This document shows, piece by piece, positions 18,483 through 27,529 of a stretch of DNA of 64,000 nt. The position numbers were made by a program, and so were the translations under genes. Numbering within the stretch: position 1 is the stretch's first letter; each line of letters opens with the position of its first letter. The notes beneath the pieces are model-generated. The model was given only the letters and a program-made list of their open reading frames with translations, made no database searches and was not told where the DNA came from. The DNA lies in sequence record MK373784.1; one strand, 5' to 3'. The DNA is from Escherichia phage vB_EcoM_MM02.

Positions 18483-18768
18483 CTGTGATTTCGGTTACGA
18501 TATCTTTGTTATCGAAATTAGGGTCACAATACAAAACATAGTTGTACTGCATGATACCGCCAGACTTAAGTTGTTCAACAACTTTATTAACCATATTAGG
18601 ACGGTCTCGTTTAGTGATGTTCATGATATCAGAGAAGATTTGTTGTTCAACATCTTCTTGATTTGCAGTCATTGACCACTCACAGAGGTCTTTATCATAA
18701 CCTGCCGTAACTGGAGCCGGTGCACATGATACTGCAAGTAAGATTGCTGCCAATGATAACTTTTTCAT
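18475..18768 (-). CDS. sp: spackle-like periplasmic protein Sp
   Basis: 97 aa; signal peptide MKKLSLAAILLAVSCAPAPVTA; GYDKDLCEWSM motif matches my memory of T4 Sp; same size. Confidence 0.6.
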   Translation of the reverse strand: MKKLSLAAILLAVSCAPAPVTAGYDKDLCEWSMTANQEDVEQQIFSDIMNITKRDRPNMVNKVVEQLKSGGIMQYNYVLYCDPNFDNKDIVTEITGE

Positions 18769-18831
18769 TTTAACTCCTTAGTTGATTTGATAGGACTACT
18801 ATACTATAGTCCATCTATAATGTAAACAAGT

Positions 18832-19080
18832 TTATTCTTTTTCGCGAATAATAATTACTTGTTGAGGCTGCTGAGCTGATTTCTTTTCGGCAACGATAGA
18901 CCAAATTAAAGTTCCAATCCAACCAACCATCGTCCAGTTAAAGAGTAAAGATACAAAGAAGATTGCTGTTGTGCTTTTTGTGCCACGAATAAGTGCGATT
19001 ACCCAAGGCAACATGTAAATGATGATTGAACCAATACCTGCGATTAAAACTGCTACTGAACTAACTACGAATAATTCCAT
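18832..19080 (-). CDS. superinfection-immunity (Imm) family membrane protein
   Basis: 82 aa, two TM helices; YMLPWVIALIRG...AIFFVSLLFNWTMVGWIGTLIWSI resembles the Imm superinfection-exclusion family. Confidence 0.5.
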   Translation of the reverse strand: MELFVVSSVAVLIAGIGSIIIYMLPWVIALIRGTKSTTAIFFVSLLFNWTMVGWIGTLIWSIVAEKKSAQQPQQVIIIREKE

Positions 19081-19141
19081 GTTAATTTCCTCTTGATTTG
19101 TTATGTTTATAGTATCTTGTTTTAACTTTGGCGTAAACCAA

Positions 19142-19510
19142 TTAATTAAATTTGTTTAAACGTTCAATACACTGGACATAGTTATTTGCGATTTGTTTCT
19201 GGGTAGGCTCTTTACCAGTGGTTTCAACATAACGAATGAATGCGATTTCAGTAGCCTGTAAGCAATGTTCTTTAACGCGTTGTTCTTTTGATAATGCTAC
19301 AGTATCAGAGTCACGATAACGTTGAGCATGGGCATCAGCTTGAATCATTCGATTACCTACAGTAACCGGGTCTTCCACTTCAACTTTAGGTTGGTCGTAC
19401 TGTTTAACATTCGGATTGTAAATCAATTGGCCAACGTTATTAGGGATAAAGCCATGGGCACCACATCCGGTTAATCCAAATACCATTGCTAAAGCGATTA
19501 ATTTTTTCAT
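19142..19510 (-). CDS. putative lipoprotein
   Basis: 122 aa; signal peptide with lipobox LTGC. Confidence 0.45.
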   Translation of the reverse strand: MKKLIALAMVFGLTGCGAHGFIPNNVGQLIYNPNVKQYDQPKVEVEDPVTVGNRMIQADAHAQRYRDSDTVALSKEQRVKEHCLQATEIAFIRYVETTGKEPTQKQIANNYVQCIERLNKFN

Positions 19511-19570
19511 TTCAATTTCCTCTGTAGTTGATAGAAAGATAGTAACACAGTATGTGGTGCTTGTAAACAG

Positions 19571-19828
19571 CTATTTTAAACTTTTTCGAAATTTGCGTTT
19601 TTCTTGACGAATCTGTCGTTTAGTCGGACGTACAGCAAATTTAACGAAGTCCACTTTGCCGTGTGGAAACTTTTCAGATGCTTCGCAGTCCATCATTAGT
19701 TCCCATCCTTCCAGAATAAGAGCTTTCCATTGTGTAGTTGATGCAAATTCGTATGTTGATGGTTTAAACACAGTTGAATACATATTATCCTCTGAAATCA
19801 GCTTCAAAAACTTTCTCGTCATTAACAA
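19571..19828 (-). CDS. hypothetical protein
   Basis: 85-aa ORF. Confidence 0.35.
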   Translation of the reverse strand: MLMTRKFLKLISEDNMYSTVFKPSTYEFASTTQWKALILEGWELMMDCEASEKFPHGKVDFVKFAVRPTKRQIRQEKRKFRKSLK

Positions 19829-19976
19829 ATGCTTTAACTAATGCTTTGTTCACTTCAGCAAGTTGTACCGTAACCCACTCGATTTCTTCGCGATCACCTG
19901 ATAACATGATATCTTTAGTGAACATCTCACCGCTTTTAAACCAACCGATAAAAGTAACTTTAGTTAATTTGCTCAT
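19785..19976 (-). CDS. dmd: Dmd antitoxin-like protein (inhibitor of host RnlA/LsoA-type toxins)
   Basis: Track ORF trimmed to ATG with GAGG RBS; MSKLTKVTFIGWFKSGEMFTKDI...AEVNKALVKAF matches my memory of T4 Dmd; position before gene 41. Confidence 0.6.
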   Translation of the reverse strand: MSKLTKVTFIGWFKSGEMFTKDIMLSGDREEIEWVTVQLAEVNKALVKAFVNDEKVFEADFRG

Positions 19977-20290
19977 ATTTCCTCGCAAAATGCCCATTCA
20001 GCGTGATAAACTGTAGCGCCTTTAGTATCATTCATTTGAACTACATCTACCGGAGAAATTACTCGATAGAGACGTGGTTCACCTCCATAAGAGCGTGCTG
20101 CTCGTCCTGCATAAATCTTTGCTAAACCGATATCTTCAGTAAAGAATACACGATCCAAGTTTTTCTTACGTCCAGTTTCAGACAGAACTCCTGTTTCTTC
20201 AGGAGGACAAAGCATGTTTTCGATGTTAGCTGAACTACTTGAACCGTGATAAAAAATCTTAAATTCTGCTTTACAATCGATGGTTTTCAT
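19973..20290 (-). CDS. hypothetical protein
   Basis: 105-aa ORF; RBS GGAG lies inside one arm of a 12-bp inverted repeat. Confidence 0.4.
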   Translation of the reverse strand: MKTIDCKAEFKIFYHGSSSSANIENMLCPPEETGVLSETGRKKNLDRVFFTEDIGLAKIYAGRAARSYGGEPRLYRVISPVDVVQMNDTKGATVYHAEWAFCEEI

Positions 20291-20296
20291 TTTGTT

Positions 20297-20345
20297 CTCC
20301 AGTAGTTGATAGGTCTATAATAACACAACTACTGGAGAAGTAAAC
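20297..20345 (-). promoter_or_regulatory. early promoter with -10 in the loop of a perfect 12-bp inverted repeat that includes the downstream RBS
   Basis: Arms ctccagtagttg (about 20297-20308) and caactactggag (about 20326-20337); -10 ataata at about 20317-20322, -35 gtaaac at about 20340-20345 on the minus strand. Confidence 0.5.
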
Positions 20346-20720
20346 TTAAAAACGTAATTTAGATACATCTGCGTTGATTTCGTTTTGGTTTGCGTCGTAT
20401 GCAATTAAACGAACTGCTTTAGATGGGTCATTCAATGCATAGAAATGATGGAACATTGCTCGAACGATATCACCATTTACGAGTTCTACCTGGATAGGAG
20501 AACCTTTTTCGAGTTGGAAATGTTCATAAGCTTTGATGGTTCGTAGATAATCAAGTTTTTGATTTCCAGCTCCAACTATTTGTACGATACGTTTGCCTGT
20601 GTTTTCCATACGAGATACAATAGTTTTAGGAGCAAGAATAACGTAGGTTGCCAGCGGAGAAACTACTTCAACAGTTGTGTTTTCGGTGATTGCAGTAAAA
20701 ATTGCTTGAGACATATTCAT
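20346..20720 (-). CDS. hypothetical protein
   Basis: 124-aa ORF. Confidence 0.4.
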   Translation of the reverse strand: MNMSQAIFTAITENTTVEVVSPLATYVILAPKTIVSRMENTGKRIVQIVGAGNQKLDYLRTIKAYEHFQLEKGSPIQVELVNGDIVRAMFHHFYALNDPSKAVRLIAYDANQNEINADVSKLRF

Positions 20721-20786
20721 AATGTTTTCCTCTTGGTTGGTATAAGTACATCATATCATGCCTAGAGGAAGATGTAAACCCCGAAA

Positions 20787-20807
20787 GGAGACCGAAGTCT
20801 CCTTTTT
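20787..20807. terminator. GC hairpin (ggagac cgaa gtctcc) with T-run, immediately downstream of gene 41
   Basis: T5 tract follows the hairpin on the plus strand; U-rich but interrupted tract on the minus strand; orientation ambiguous. Confidence 0.35.
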
Positions 20808-20808
20808 A

Positions 20809-22251
20809 TTAAAATTTTAACTCATTGGCTAAGCTATCTAGGTCAGCACGTGTTGCTTTGGCTTTACCTACGCGTTCCGTACGATTCACCTCTGCCTGAC
20901 GCATCTGAGCACCTGCGTTTTCATTTACTGTGTTAGGTGTGTTCATGCCTTCTTGCTCAATCTCAACCCATTTCTGATTGCCTTTACGTACACCCATCAG
21001 GAATTTATTCCACTTATTCTTATCGCCGTATCGTGATTTGATTTGTTTGATAAGTTGTTGTTCAGCTTGGGCAAGTTCTTCGGTTTCAATTACAGCCAAC
21101 ATGAAATCTGCCGTTGCTGGTAAACCTGCTGATTCTGCGATATCACTCATGTTCATGTCTGAAGCATCCCATGCTGCACGTCCTACTTGAGCTGCAGTCC
21201 ATAGAACTGTTTCAGATTCTACTGCTAATGCACGAAGTTCTTCTGCGATAGCTTTAACTAATGTGTAGCTATTTTCAGTGTAAACTCTGATACGACAAGA
21301 CCCACAAATACCTAAGTAATCAACCATGATTACAGATGGCACAAAGTTCTTCTTAAGTTTTAACTCATTAAGCAATGCACGAAATGTATTAGCGTTAGCT
21401 CCACCAGTAGGATACTGTTTAACTACTAAACGTCCTAATGTTGTTTTTGAACGCCATTTTTCCATCTTGGCTTTATATTCAGCATAAGATACGTTACCAT
21501 CATCGATATCATCGAGTGATACGTCAAGCATGTTTGCATCTATACGCTTAGCACAAACTTCTTCAGCCATTTCCATGGAAATATAAAGAACATTATGACC
21601 TGTTTGAAGATAATCTGCAGCAAGTGAACAAAGGCCTAAAGATTTACCGACGTTAACACCAGCCATTAAAACGTTTAGTGTACCTGTTTCTGCGCCGCCT
21701 TTGGTGATTTTATTCAAAATGTTTAATTTGAACGGGACCTTACGTGCTTTATTTAGATAAGAAAGCCAGCGTGCTTCGTAGTCTTCCATCCAGTCATGTC
21801 CAACATAACTATCGAACGAAATTGAAAGTGCTTGACGCATAATATCAGGAATAGCTCCTACGTCAGGCATTTTCTTGTTACGTTGTTCTGGAGGTAGTTC
21901 AGCATTAGACTGAATCTCAATGATTTTGGATGTAGCATTATACATCGCTTTTTGCTGGACATATTTCTCAGTTTCTTTAACCAACCACTCATGGTCTTCA
22001 GGAGTATCAGCCAATTTTTCAATTAGGTCTGAAGTTCCTTTATATTCGGCTTCAGTTAAAGAACTGTTATCTAAAGCCACCTTTAACGCATTGATAGATG
22101 GCATTGCATTATATTCGTTAACGTGGCTCTTTATAATTTTAAAGACATTTTTTGCCGGTCCACGCTCAAAATACTCAGAATCCATATAAGGCCAGACCTT
22201 AGAAAAATAAGCCTGGTCATATACTAGATGAGACAAAATAATTTCTACCAC
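20809..22251 (-). CDS. 41: replicative DnaB-like helicase, gene 41
   Basis: 480 aa; Walker A GVNVGKS; size and synteny as T4 gp41. Confidence 0.9.
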   Translation of the reverse strand: MVEIILSHLVYDQAYFSKVWPYMDSEYFERGPAKNVFKIIKSHVNEYNAMPSINALKVALDNSSLTEAEYKGTSDLIEKLADTPEDHEWLVKETEKYVQQKAMYNATSKIIEIQSNAELPPEQRNKKMPDVGAIPDIMRQALSISFDSYVGHDWMEDYEARWLSYLNKARKVPFKLNILNKITKGGAETGTLNVLMAGVNVGKSLGLCSLAADYLQTGHNVLYISMEMAEEVCAKRIDANMLDVSLDDIDDGNVSYAEYKAKMEKWRSKTTLGRLVVKQYPTGGANANTFRALLNELKLKKNFVPSVIMVDYLGICGSCRIRVYTENSYTLVKAIAEELRALAVESETVLWTAAQVGRAAWDASDMNMSDIAESAGLPATADFMLAVIETEELAQAEQQLIKQIKSRYGDKNKWNKFLMGVRKGNQKWVEIEQEGMNTPNTVNENAGAQMRQAEVNRTERVGKAKATRADLDSLANELKF

Positions 22252-22260
22252 GATAACTCC

Positions 22261-22623
22261 TTAAAAGAATTTAAATTTTTTCTTGGTCCGTTCATTAAAA
22301 GCTTGTTGTACTTGCATTGTAACACATTTTTCAACATGTGGTGCAAGTTCTGCTTTTCTGTCCTGGTCAAGAACTGCAAAGTCCATTACGATTTTACCAT
22401 CAACCCAGTCTAGTTTTGTAATATAGACTATATGATGGGAACCGTCTTCAAGTGTAATCAGAATCTCTTGAATGACATTTTCCATTGCTGAACGGACAAT
22501 TTTAAGAGATTCATTAAACACTCGTTCTTTGCGAATGTCCTCCCCTTCCGAAGAAGGGGATTCATCAACGATTTCTAGATTTAAATCATCGAGATTATTC
22601 ATCGAAATCTTCCATTTCGTCAA
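22261..22623 (-). CDS. hypothetical protein (gene 40 position)
   Basis: 120 aa, between 41 and uvsX as T4 gene 40; no motif. Confidence 0.4.
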   Translation of the reverse strand: MTKWKISMNNLDDLNLEIVDESPSSEGEDIRKERVFNESLKIVRSAMENVIQEILITLEDGSHHIVYITKLDWVDGKIVMDFAVLDQDRKAELAPHVEKCVTMQVQQAFNERTKKKFKFF

Positions 22624-23767
22624 GGTCGTTTTCTATATCTGCTGCAGATGGAGCATCAGAAGTTTTAACCGGAACTTTAGTTGTTGCTTTGCAATTAATA
22701 AGGTCATTAACAGCGTCATCAACTTCTTTAATAGAAGAGATAGCACCTAGTTTATATTTAGTTTCAATTGCGTCACGGAAAGGTTTGTGTTTAAACAAAG
22801 GTCCCCAGAATTCTACACAATCAGTAGCTTTAGCACGCCATGATTTTTCTTCACGAATCATTTCACCTGTTTCTTCGTCAAGGAATTCGCGAGCATACCA
22901 ACCGGCTTTAGGCTTAACTACAAAACCAATTTCAGTTGCCATTTCTAACAAGCCACTGAATGGGTCAATACCGCCATCAAAATTAACCGTGATCGGGAAA
23001 GTAGATTTCTCTTTAACTGTGCGAGATTTTTCTGCTTTCAACGTGAAGTCATAACCGGTCAATTCTGTACCTTCTTTAACCTGACGTTTAGAGATAAAGA
23101 ATACAGTGTTAGCAGAGTAAAGAATACCTGTACCACCACCCATAATCTCTTTAGGATATAGTCCGCCGATTTCCATTGCGGTATGGTTAATTGCAACACA
23201 CGGAATATCTTTAATAGTCAGATACGGGGTCACAATGCGGAACAGAGATTTAAGTGCCTTAGCACGAGACATATCACCTACAACTTTCTCGTTCAACGCA
23301 TCTTCGGTTTCTTTCTTAGATGCAGTATTACCGATTGAATCGATAAAGATAATAACTTTATCACCGCGTTCAATCGCGTCAAGCTGATTAGTCATATCAA
23401 CTTTAAGTTGTTCGACAGATTGAATCGGAGTATGAACTACACGGTCTAAATCAACACCCATTGAACGAAAATAAGATTCTGAAGCACCGAATTCTGAGTC
23501 ATAAAACAAACAGATTGCATCTTTATATTTCTTCATATATGCTGCAACCATGGTCAGCCCAAACAATGTTTTAAAGTGTTTAGAAGGAGCAGCAAAAATA
23601 GTTAAGCCTGATTGCAACCCGGCATTCAGTGCACCACCTAGTGCAATATTCAACATCGGAATACGAGTAGGGACTTCATCACGATTATTAAACAGCTTAG
23701 ACTTAGTCAAGTCTGCAGTCATTTTAGAAGTAGAAGCTTTAATCAGACGAGATTTTAAATCAGACAT
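22595..23767 (-). CDS. uvsX: UvsX recombinase (RecA/Rad51 family)
   Basis: 390 aa; RecA-like core with P-loop GLTIFAAPSKHFKT; size and synteny. Confidence 0.9.
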   Translation of the reverse strand: MSDLKSRLIKASTSKMTADLTKSKLFNNRDEVPTRIPMLNIALGGALNAGLQSGLTIFAAPSKHFKTLFGLTMVAAYMKKYKDAICLFYDSEFGASESYFRSMGVDLDRVVHTPIQSVEQLKVDMTNQLDAIERGDKVIIFIDSIGNTASKKETEDALNEKVVGDMSRAKALKSLFRIVTPYLTIKDIPCVAINHTAMEIGGLYPKEIMGGGTGILYSANTVFFISKRQVKEGTELTGYDFTLKAEKSRTVKEKSTFPITVNFDGGIDPFSGLLEMATEIGFVVKPKAGWYAREFLDEETGEMIREEKSWRAKATDCVEFWGPLFKHKPFRDAIETKYKLGAISSIKEVDDAVNDLINCKATTKVPVKTSDAPSAADIENDLDEMEDFDE

Positions 23768-23865
23768 TGTATTTTTCCATAGGCATCATTATATTTTACT
23801 CATGTTTAAAAGATAAGATGATTATATACTAAGGGTTATACAGCATTTAAAACTTTAAATGGCTC

Positions 23866-24414
23866 TTAACGAGCCCATTTGATAATTTCTGTAATCAAAT
23901 AATTACGTTCGCTTGCATTAAATCCTATAACTTTGTTAGCACCATCATGATTAAGTAATTGATACGTTTGGATTTTGTTATGAATTGCAAACTCTTCAAA
24001 ATGTGAAATGACTGTATTAAAACCGAATGAAGACAAAGTAATAAGGTCGTCTTCAAAACTTTCAGTCATTTCGTTACGTGTTAAAATAATTGTGAACACA
24101 TCATGGTTTTGGCAAAGACGAACATAATCCTGTTCATAAACGTCAAGAACCGAGTCCGTATCTTGTCGAATACGTCCATAAACCCAGTTACTAATATATC
24201 CACGGTCTAACAGATAAATCTTAGTAGGGTCTAAATAATTCAACATCGTTTCGAAGCAGCCAACTTCATTTCGAGACTTAACATCGAAACGCCCATCAAC
24301 TGTTCGTTTAGGGAAATCAATCTTTACATATCTTTCACTAATTTCCATTATGTCATTAATGAAAGTTGTTTTACCAGCATTATCTGGGCCATCTACTAAA
24401 ATAATTTTAGCCAT
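23866..24414 (-). CDS. P-loop kinase (nucleoside/nucleotide or sugar kinase-like)
   Basis: 182 aa; Walker A ILVDGPDNAGKTT and LDRGY motif as in dNK/TMPK or gluconate/shikimate-kinase-type P-loop kinases; occupies the T4 beta-gt slot. Confidence 0.5.
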   Translation of the reverse strand: MAKIILVDGPDNAGKTTFINDIMEISERYVKIDFPKRTVDGRFDVKSRNEVGCFETMLNYLDPTKIYLLDRGYISNWVYGRIRQDTDSVLDVYEQDYVRLCQNHDVFTIILTRNEMTESFEDDLITLSSFGFNTVISHFEEFAIHNKIQTYQLLNHDGANKVIGFNASERNYLITEIIKWAR

Positions 24415-24415
24415 T

Positions 24416-25315
24416 TTATTCCTCGATTACGACATCTTCATATTTAGGTATATTATACGGCGAAGAAATTAAAGCATTAAAGTAGATGAACTCACCAAGA
24501 CCTGGATGGAATACTTCTTCAGGATTTTCGAAATATTGAATCTTCGGACGTCCTTTAAGAATTTGATAGTACTCAGTTTTAGTTGGTTTAAAAATTCGAA
24601 TCAGCGCTTCTTCAGGATACTTATTTCTGTCGAAGCTATTATTTGGATCGGTTATATAAAGCGGTTGACCTAATTGAATTGCGCATTCAACAACTTGTTC
24701 AAAACGATAGCATGGGTCACTAATTCGAAATGGATGAAAAATACCATCTAGATAAATAGGAGCCAAATCACCTACAAGACGCTGCATGATGGAAGGACGT
24801 ATAACTTTCTGCGTTACGATAATCTTATTACCATCTGCACCTGCGTTAACCAGCACTTCTTTTTGACGTTCATTCAACACAGTAGTTTGAAGTGAACGAT
24901 TAACCGACAACATATCAGTTTTTAAGAATTCGTCAATATAAAAACGTGGTTTATTAGGGTCTGCAGTGATATTGAAATTGAATTCCACATCAAAAGCGCC
25001 GTCATATCCAGTGATATCTGTGATTAGAAAATCACAATCATAATAAGCAATTAATGAATCAACTACAAATTCATTTTCAGACCAGAAATATTTACGAGTG
25101 TTATACGCGTTATCTTTATACCATAATGGAACAAACTTAAATTCTGGAAAAAGACGTTCGCATTCTTTAATATCAGATGCATTACGTGGATATGTAATCA
25201 CATCACCCGGATTAGCACGGTGCAAATGAAGTTGGAAGTTGCCATCCTTAAGGATAGCATACTGTCCAGTTTCATAAGACCGCATACTCAAGATTGGTAC
25301 GCGGAAAATAGCCAT
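24416..25315 (-). CDS. hypothetical protein (beta-gt slot, no similarity recognised)
   Basis: 299 aa; translationally coupled with neighbours. Confidence 0.4.
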   Translation of the reverse strand: MAIFRVPILSMRSYETGQYAILKDGNFQLHLHRANPGDVITYPRNASDIKECERLFPEFKFVPLWYKDNAYNTRKYFWSENEFVVDSLIAYYDCDFLITDITGYDGAFDVEFNFNITADPNKPRFYIDEFLKTDMLSVNRSLQTTVLNERQKEVLVNAGADGNKIIVTQKVIRPSIMQRLVGDLAPIYLDGIFHPFRISDPCYRFEQVVECAIQLGQPLYITDPNNSFDRNKYPEEALIRIFKPTKTEYYQILKGRPKIQYFENPEEVFHPGLGEFIYFNALISSPYNIPKYEDVVIEE

Positions 25316-26031
25316 TAGTCAAGGAATCCTTTAACATAATCAAAATCACGTTCAAACACATGGGCACTTACCATGGTATGAGTATAAACACCAACTTCTA
25401 CACCGCATTCGTTAGCGATATAATGAAGTAATTTTCCTTGGAGATAAAAATCCAACTGCATAACAACAGCACAGTTCTGGGAACGCATATGACAGTGGGT
25501 ATAAAGCTTACCATCACGAATATAATAAGTCACTGAGTCAGTACATGGATATTCAAGCGTTTCGTCCGAATCAAGCAAAGCCTGATCAGAACTTTCTAGA
25601 ATTTGGAACACAACTCTTCGAGAGTTAGGCTTCTCTTTAAGTTCTTTTAGAAGAGCTGGTAATTGGGCCACAATGCGAGGACCATAGAAAGTGTTGAAGT
25701 TCGCCGGCAAAACATCTGATTTTGGTTTAGAAATAAATTTAGCGACATTAGGATATGCCTTAAACGCTTCTTCTGCATCAGTACCACCAGAAATCATAAA
25801 CTTCCAGAAGTCTTCGGCATATTCATAAGAGATGCGGTTAATACGTGGGTCGGTCATTTTGAATGATGATGGAGTGTCAACAACTACTGTCATAGACCCA
25901 ATTTCATTACAACGTCCAATACGAGAATCAGTTACGAATTCCGGGTTTTCTAAAATTTCACGATTGACTGCTTTAAATGCGGTTTGAAAATCTGCGGCTT
26001 TGATATATTTCATTGTGTTATGTTTTCCCAT
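25315..26031 (-). CDS. 42: dCMP hydroxymethylase (thymidylate-synthase fold), gene 42
   Basis: 238 aa; TS-family features (...LEYPCTDSV... with candidate catalytic Cys, C-terminal HVFERDFDYV); size and position as T4 gp42. Confidence 0.7.
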   Translation of the reverse strand: MGKHNTMKYIKAADFQTAFKAVNREILENPEFVTDSRIGRCNEIGSMTVVVDTPSSFKMTDPRINRISYEYAEDFWKFMISGGTDAEEAFKAYPNVAKFISKPKSDVLPANFNTFYGPRIVAQLPALLKELKEKPNSRRVVFQILESSDQALLDSDETLEYPCTDSVTYYIRDGKLYTHCHMRSQNCAVVMQLDFYLQGKLLHYIANECGVEVGVYTHTMVSAHVFERDFDYVKGFLD

Positions 26032-26073
26032 GTTTACCTCAATACAATTTATTATATACTCAATTCGTAAAGC

Positions 26074-26313
26074 TTATTTGAATTTCTTGACAATGTTGAT
26101 ATAACGTAAAGCTTCAGCATCGATACTTCCAAGAACACTATGAAGAAATGCATCAGCGTAGTATTCCAATTGAACAGGTTCTTTAATCACTTTAGCCGCT
26201 TTGGTTTCAAACAGGCCCATCAGGGCCTTTTTAAGAATTTGTTCGTTAGTGTTCAGTTTAATAGTCAAAATCTCTTCATTAAGTTGGTGGTTAAAAGTTT
26301 TTCTAGAAATCAT
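26074..26313 (-). CDS. hypothetical protein
   Basis: 79-aa ORF. Confidence 0.35.
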   Translation of the reverse strand: MISRKTFNHQLNEEILTIKLNTNEQILKKALMGLFETKAAKVIKEPVQLEYYADAFLHSVLGSIDAEALRYINIVKKFK

Positions 26314-27488
26314 TCCGGGTACCTCAAAGCGTCATCAGAGTTAGTTATATCAATAATAGATATAGAGTTTTCTGCTAACCCGTTTTTAGACAATTGACGT
26401 TTATAATATCTTTCACAATATGTACACGTCGTCCCGCAGATTTCATTAGCACAATCGAAATCTGGATGTCTGAACCACCTTTTTTCTAAAAAGCCATCTA
26501 ACAAAGAGGTTTCAATATTTACTGTATGTGAAAACTCAGTTTCGTTTTCAAGAGTGAAAATAGTCTCTAAAGGCTTCCACAGTTCTAACAAATTACCTTC
26601 AAACTTTTCAGAAGCGTATGCTTCAAGAACTTTCAAAATGTAGTCTGTGCTACCTGTACGTCCTGAAACTTTGAATTGAGTGATACCAATATCATTATAA
26701 AGTTTCAAATCTTGAGGACGAACAAAACGAGTTCTCAACCAGTTAAATGGGTCTGTATCACGAGCTTTAATACAGTGCTGCATTGGATAACCGTTTAAGG
26801 ATTTAGCATCGTCAGCTGTAACATCAGTACTATGGAAAATATAGCAAGAGTCACGATAGCTACAATGTGTTGTATACCCTTTACCAGCATTAGAACAGAA
26901 CTCATTTACAAGAACTTCAAATATTATATTGTTCTTATTGCAAAACTCTGCTGCACGCTTCAGGAAAGAAACTGAACGGTTCTTATGAATTCCGCAGCAG
27001 ACCTTTTTGATATTATATTGGTCATGCAAGTATTTGATTTGAGTTACAGCATCGACATGTAGAATTGTTGAAACTTCAATCTCAATATCTTTATTGACTT
27101 CACGAACAATTTCCATAACAACAGGGTTAGCGATAGTAATACGCCATACGCCTATTGACCAAAGATACTGAACATAATCCTGAATAGCTTTCTTCTTCCA
27201 CTCAACTAGTTCTCTTTTTGAACCAGGATTTATCGTGTTGAGTGTATAGTTAAAGCAAATACCTAATTCGTTACAACGTTTAACGTAGTCTTCTAACATC
27301 TTTTTGTCAACGTCAGGAAGCCTAAAATCAGGTCTGGCTGCTACAAAAGCCATTTTTCTTGTAGAGCCGTATACTTCGTTTATCAAGCTATTAGGATAAG
27401 TTTTATTGAGCTCTACGATTTTATCAAGAAGAGCTAAATCAAAATTCGTTCCAATTTTAAAAGTATTCATTTTTTTTTTGCATCTCAC
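26310..27488 (-). CDS. Cys-rich protein of unknown function with C-terminal CxxxCxxC cluster
   Basis: 392 aa; cysteines at ...EFCSNAGKGYTTHCSYRDSC... and C-terminal CANEICGTTCTYC; family not assignable from sequence alone. Confidence 0.45.
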   Translation of the reverse strand: MRCKKKMNTFKIGTNFDLALLDKIVELNKTYPNSLINEVYGSTRKMAFVAARPDFRLPDVDKKMLEDYVKRCNELGICFNYTLNTINPGSKRELVEWKKKAIQDYVQYLWSIGVWRITIANPVVMEIVREVNKDIEIEVSTILHVDAVTQIKYLHDQYNIKKVCCGIHKNRSVSFLKRAAEFCNKNNIIFEVLVNEFCSNAGKGYTTHCSYRDSCYIFHSTDVTADDAKSLNGYPMQHCIKARDTDPFNWLRTRFVRPQDLKLYNDIGITQFKVSGRTGSTDYILKVLEAYASEKFEGNLLELWKPLETIFTLENETEFSHTVNIETSLLDGFLEKRWFRHPDFDCANEICGTTCTYCERYYKRQLSKNGLAENSISIIDITNSDDALRYPE

Positions 27489-27529
27489 GTTAATTGATGC
27501 GATGGCTTTTGCAGGTCTTACTTAAATTA

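Noticed and set aside
20761-20810. Plus-strand terminator implying a plus-strand transcription unit next to gene 41
   Set aside because: The hairpin has a T-run on the plus strand but no plus-strand gene precedes it; more likely a bidirectional or minus-strand element at the end of gene 41, so annotated with unspecified strand and low confidence.
26310-27488. Radical-SAM or U32-type Fe-S hydroxylase assignment for the 392-aa Cys-rich protein
   Set aside because: The CxxxCxxC is at the extreme C-terminus without recognisable SAM-binding motifs, and the U32 signature does not match cleanly; recorded as unknown rather than named.
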